Shown here in pieces: positions 61,044 through 64,000 of a stretch of DNA of 64,000 nt (its first letter is position 1; every line of letters begins with the position of its first letter). A model generated the notes under the pieces. The model searched no databases and was not told the DNA's origin. It saw nothing but the letters and a program-made list of their open reading frames with translations. The stretch lies in the NCBI GenBank assembly GCA_000004985.1, contig GG738874.1; one strand, written 5' to 3'. Origin of the DNA: Naegleria gruberi (lineage: Eukaryota). A program made the position numbers and the translations under genes.

Positions 61044-62747
61044 ATGCTTGCTTCCAACTTGATGAAAAGCCTGACGAAGGAGAAGGGCAATCTTTCCGAT
61101 CATTCATCATCACACAAAGGACAGCATCATCAGCAAGATAGTCATCATGTTGATCATGATGGACCACTTCAATTTAAATTTCAAAATACAACAAATAATT
61201 GGGATGAATCTCCGAGTCTAAATAATAGTCTTCCTTCATCACCAATAATTAGATCTCCTGTAAAACCAAAAAGAAGTAGAGCAAATCAACAACATGACAA
61301 TAATCAGCATTCGAGTAGTAGTGGCAATTTATTGGATAATTCACCTTTTCAAAATTTATCAGTTGTTCAAAACTTTTCATTTCCTGATTTCTTACATAGA
61401 CAATCCATATTTTGGACAATATTAGTATTAACTTTAGGATATTTATTGGGTAGATGGGAGTTGTCATTATCTTGGTTTTTAGTTTTTACTATTGTAGTTT
61501 ATTCACTTTCTTCTAGAATTGCTAGAGATTCTTCAAGAACAATTAACGATTTATTGCGAGTTAAAAAATTAAAAGAGTGGAAGCAGTGGAGAGAGAATCA
61601 TCTTCCAAAGTATCTCACTTCGAATAATAGTGGGAAATTATTTACAAACACAACTGGAGACCAAACTGAAAACACAAAAAGAGATGCAACTCTTGCATGT
61701 GTAAATATTATAATGGATCAATTGTGGAGAGGATTCAATTCTGAATTTATTGTAAAAATGGCGAATGATTGGCTTAAAGAAAATCCAATAGCTTCCAACT
61801 TTGATATTCAAGTTTCATTTCTTGATATAGATAACGATAATCCCCCTTTCTTTACAATGATACACTGCTCAGAAAACACACCGAAGAAAACTGTAATTGA
61901 TGGCTGTTTGGAATACCATGGAGAGTTATTACTCCAATGGTTTGTAAAATTGTTGATTCCTATCCAATTTTTATTGAAAGATGTTTCTGCCAAGGTTAAA
62001 TCTAGAATTAGCATCGAATATTCTGACAATTTGGAGGAATTTGGAAGAACTATATCCAAGGTTGATTTTTGTTTTATGGAGTATCCTGAATTTAATGTAT
62101 CAGTTCAAATGTTCAATTCTTTAGATTTAACTGGATCCATTCCATCTCTTCAAAATCAATTGAAGCTAGGGTTTGAAAAAGCTCTTTTGAACTTTGTCTA
62201 TCCAAAATTTATTACCGTCTATCAATTTGGTGAAGGAAACTCTCCAGGATTAAATTTGGAAATTGATAAGATTGTTGTGGAAGGATTGGAGGATGAGATA
62301 AAGAGTAATTTATTTAACATTAATCAATTACTCAAAGCAATTAACAAATCATCAGGAGAAAGTAAGGAAAGTATCAAAACTGAAGTTTGTAACAATATTC
62401 TAACTCTCCTTTTCCAAGCAAGAGAACCAGGTAAAATTCCAATAGGAATGACAGAAACCATTAGAAATGGATTTCAAATTCTCAACATGTTGGCTTTTGA
62501 AGAAACTGAAAATGGTGAAGCCAATGAAAAGATTATGGAATTATTGTTAAAGACTGAAAACTTGATATTCATTGCTGATGTTGTTAGGAAATGTACTCTT
62601 GCCGATGAACTCGTAATGAACATATTATTCAAAGTTAAGAATACTTCACTTAAAAACCAAATCAATAAGAGGTTCCAAGAATTGGAATTGGCAGATATTC
62701 TTTTCCTAGTAGTTGGCAGAAATGATAGACCAAAATCCAACAATTAA
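61044..62747 (+). CDS. membrane-anchored protein with putative SMP (synaptotagmin-like mitochondrial lipid-binding) domain
   Basis: First ATG 61044 (track start 60951 is non-ATG). His/Gln-rich N-terminus. Two TM helices (IFWTILVLTLGYLLG; LSWFLVFTIVVYSL), followed by ATLACVNIIMDQLWRGFNSEFIVKMANDWLKEN, resembling the start of SMP domains (E..EWLN.ll...W). Weak call. Confidence 0.35.
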   Translation: MLASNLMKSLTKEKGNLSDHSSSHKGQHHQQDSHHVDHDGPLQFKFQNTTNNWDESPSLNNSLPSSPIIRSPVKPKRSRANQQHDNNQHSSSSGNLLDNSPFQNLSVVQNFSFPDFLHRQSIFWTILVLTLGYLLGRWELSLSWFLVFTIVVYSLSSRIARDSSRTINDLLRVKKLKEWKQWRENHLPKYLTSNNSGKLFTNTTGDQTENTKRDATLACVNIIMDQLWRGFNSEFIVKMANDWLKENPIASNFDIQVSFLDIDNDNPPFFTMIHCSENTPKKTVIDGCLEYHGELLLQWFVKLLIPIQFLLKDVSAKVKSRISIEYSDNLEEFGRTISKVDFCFMEYPEFNVSVQMFNSLDLTGSIPSLQNQLKLGFEKALLNFVYPKFITVYQFGEGNSPGLNLEIDKIVVEGLEDEIKSNLFNINQLLKAINKSSGESKESIKTEVCNNILTLLFQAREPGKIPIGMTETIRNGFQILNMLAFEETENGEANEKIMELLLKTENLIFIADVVRKCTLADELVMNILFKVKNTSLKNQINKRFQELELADILFLVVGRNDRPKSNN

Positions 62748-63053
62748 CATGTTAATTCACACAATATTAATTTTAAACATGGCGTGTATGGTACACTTCC
62801 AACTGTAATAACAATACTCGCTTATACGGTTTTTACTGCCCATAACGATTCCTCAACTTGACCGCGTTACCCATCACACATTGTTACAATATGTTTTTTG
62901 TGTTGGTTTTTTTTGCATCGTCTTTTGATTGGCCAGTTTGGGGCACGTCCATTTCACAAGGTGGTCACAAAAAACAAGCACGCAAAAAATAAAAACTGCT
63001 ACATCATCTCTTACCGCGCTCTTCTCTGAGATTCAACAAATAAGAAACCTCTG

Positions 63054-63065
63054 TTGACGTCAACT
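63054..63065. promoter_or_regulatory. 12-bp palindrome GTTGACGTCAAC (contains TGACGTCA) about 200 bp upstream of the 63265 ATG
   Basis: ctGTTGACGTCAACttttt. Confidence 0.25.
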
Positions 63066-63264
63066 TTTTGTGATAACAATTTTATTGTATAAAGGTTTGT
63101 CGGCCCTCGAGAAGAAATTTTGAATCGGAAGACATTGTAAATAATATCTACTATCAACATTAAATTATCATCATCATCAGCATATCACTGCTGCAATAAG
63201 AGTGATATCATAATCCTAGATTTCTACAGCAAGAGCATTTAGAACAATAACAACAATAATAATA

Positions 63265-64000
63265 ATGGAGCAACAACCTCAAATGCCACCATCAGCAAAT
63301 GGCATCAATCAGCAAGTCAAACCACACCCTTCTCAAACACAACATATATCCCCAAGTGTCAATGGAGGTGTGATGGATGGTTTACCACCGGGATCAGGTC
63401 AAGCTTTTGTTCAACCAGCACACCCTCACGTCCATTATCATCATGTTGATCCAAATATGCAAAGAAAACAAGTGATCCCTCCACAAGTAATAACCCAAAC
63501 AGGAACACAAATGCCATCTTACTATTATCCACAACAACCATATTATGCTGTACCTGGACAACCATATGGTATGTCACCACAATCATTTCCATATGCACCT
63601 TATGGTTATCAATATCCATATGGTGCACAAACAGCATATCCACCATATCCACACCAAGGACACCAACCTCATACAGTTCCTCCTATCCCTAATCAACCTC
63701 AAGTTACACAAGTTGTTGCTAAACCTGCAACACCATCAACCACTCCTAAACAGAAAAAAAAGAAATCTAAACCTGTTAACCAATCTAATGCTATTTTCCC
63801 TAGTCAATCTAAATCGATATGTCCAACTGATTCATTCAATGTTGGAAGAAAGAATGAAATTCTCTATTTGGTGGAGGGGTTTACAATGGATAGAGTTTTA
63901 CAAAATATTAATGTGCATATCCAATCAGGAAATGAGGTCACTATATCAGAAAAGCAAGTTTTGAAAATAGATATTTCATCCCTGGAAGGAAAGGCCCTCA
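63265..64000 (+). CDS. Pro/Gln/Tyr-rich protein, 3'-partial (runs off the window end)
   Basis: ATG at 63265 after (AAT)n. The frame stays open to nt 64000, so it is not in the track, which lists stop-terminated ORFs. MEQQPQMPPSANG...PYYAVPGQPYGMSPQSFPYAPYGYQYPYGAQTAYPPYPHQGHQP..., then a non-repetitive region ICPTDSFNVGRKNEILYLVEGFTMDRVLQN... Confidence 0.4.
   Translation, partial: MEQQPQMPPSANGINQQVKPHPSQTQHISPSVNGGVMDGLPPGSGQAFVQPAHPHVHYHHVDPNMQRKQVIPPQVITQTGTQMPSYYYPQQPYYAVPGQPYGMSPQSFPYAPYGYQYPYGAQTAYPPYPHQGHQPHTVPPIPNQPQVTQVVAKPATPSTTPKQKKKKSKPVNQSNAIFPSQSKSICPTDSFNVGRKNEILYLVEGFTMDRVLQNINVHIQSGNEVTISEKQVLKIDISSLEGKAL

Noticed and set aside
63359-63964. Track ORFs 63359..63652 (-) and 63545..63964 (+) rich in His/Met/Val
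   Set aside because: They are alternative-frame readings of the CCA/CAA/TAT-rich region. The biologically sensible frame starts at ATG 63265 and stays open to the window end.
1-64000. Prokaryotic-style defence systems, operons, CRISPR arrays or prophage
   Set aside because: Spliceosomal introns, eukaryotic initiator tRNA, 5S rRNA with Pol III terminator, Sec24/RFC2/Mob1/syntaxin and similar genes, and monocistronic genes on alternating strands show this is eukaryotic nuclear DNA. No direct-repeat/spacer arrays were seen.
1-64000. Assignment to Dictyostelium discoideum
   Set aside because: Intergenic regions here are about 30-40% GC rather than the more than 85% AT expected. A radial-spoke-like gene and a DYW-PPR remnant are present. 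I therefore keep the lineage call open (AT-rich amoeboid protist, possibly heterolobosean).

Overview
This window is AT-rich (about 30% GC) eukaryotic nuclear DNA from a gene-dense protist. Proteins carry long poly-N/poly-Q/poly-H runs encoded by AAT/CAA/CAT repeats, start codons sit in A-rich contexts (aaaaATG), and stop codons are standard TAA/TAG/TGA. Spliceosomal introns are short (34-196 nt, GT..AG): I reconstructed a 7-exon Mob1 gene and two-exon models for RFC2, a Nudix hydrolase, an LPGAT-like acyltransferase, an RDH-like SDR and a FAD monooxygenase, none of which is visible as a single ORF in the six-frame track. The lineage is probably an AT-rich amoeboid protist. A radial-spoke-head-like gene and a decayed DYW-type PPR gene argue for a flagellated, Naegleria-like heterolobosean or myxogastrid rather than Dictyostelium discoideum, whose intergenic DNA would be far more AT-rich. 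This is inference only. I annotate about 45 protein-coding genes on both strands (about 1.4 kb per gene, with several convergent pairs whose stop codons lie 1-15 bp apart), an initiator tRNA-Met, a tRNA-Asp(GTC), a dispersed 5S rRNA gene with a T5 terminator, and two assembly gaps (N runs); the first gap is flanked by a partial duplicate of the syntaxin 5' end. Recognisable products include a Dicer-like RNase III (5'-partial), a syntaxin, TMEM189/PEDS1 desaturase, an F-box/LRR protein, Sec24, a CNBD K+ channel, an EF-hand protein, a secreted DUF296 protein, PPIL2, MOCS3/Uba4, mitochondrial ACP, RFC2, a divergent di-ubiquitin, an IRG-like myristoylated GTPase and a giant coiled-coil protein. 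I found no CRISPR arrays, no prokaryotic-style operons and no clear mobile elements. The most interesting items are the DYW-PPR remnant, the IRG-like GTPase paired with a second myristoylated gene, a two-member F-box-like/Sel1/Cys-module family, recurrent E2F-like TTTGGCG[CG] motifs just upstream of several ATGs, and a CaaX-terminated acidic repeat protein.
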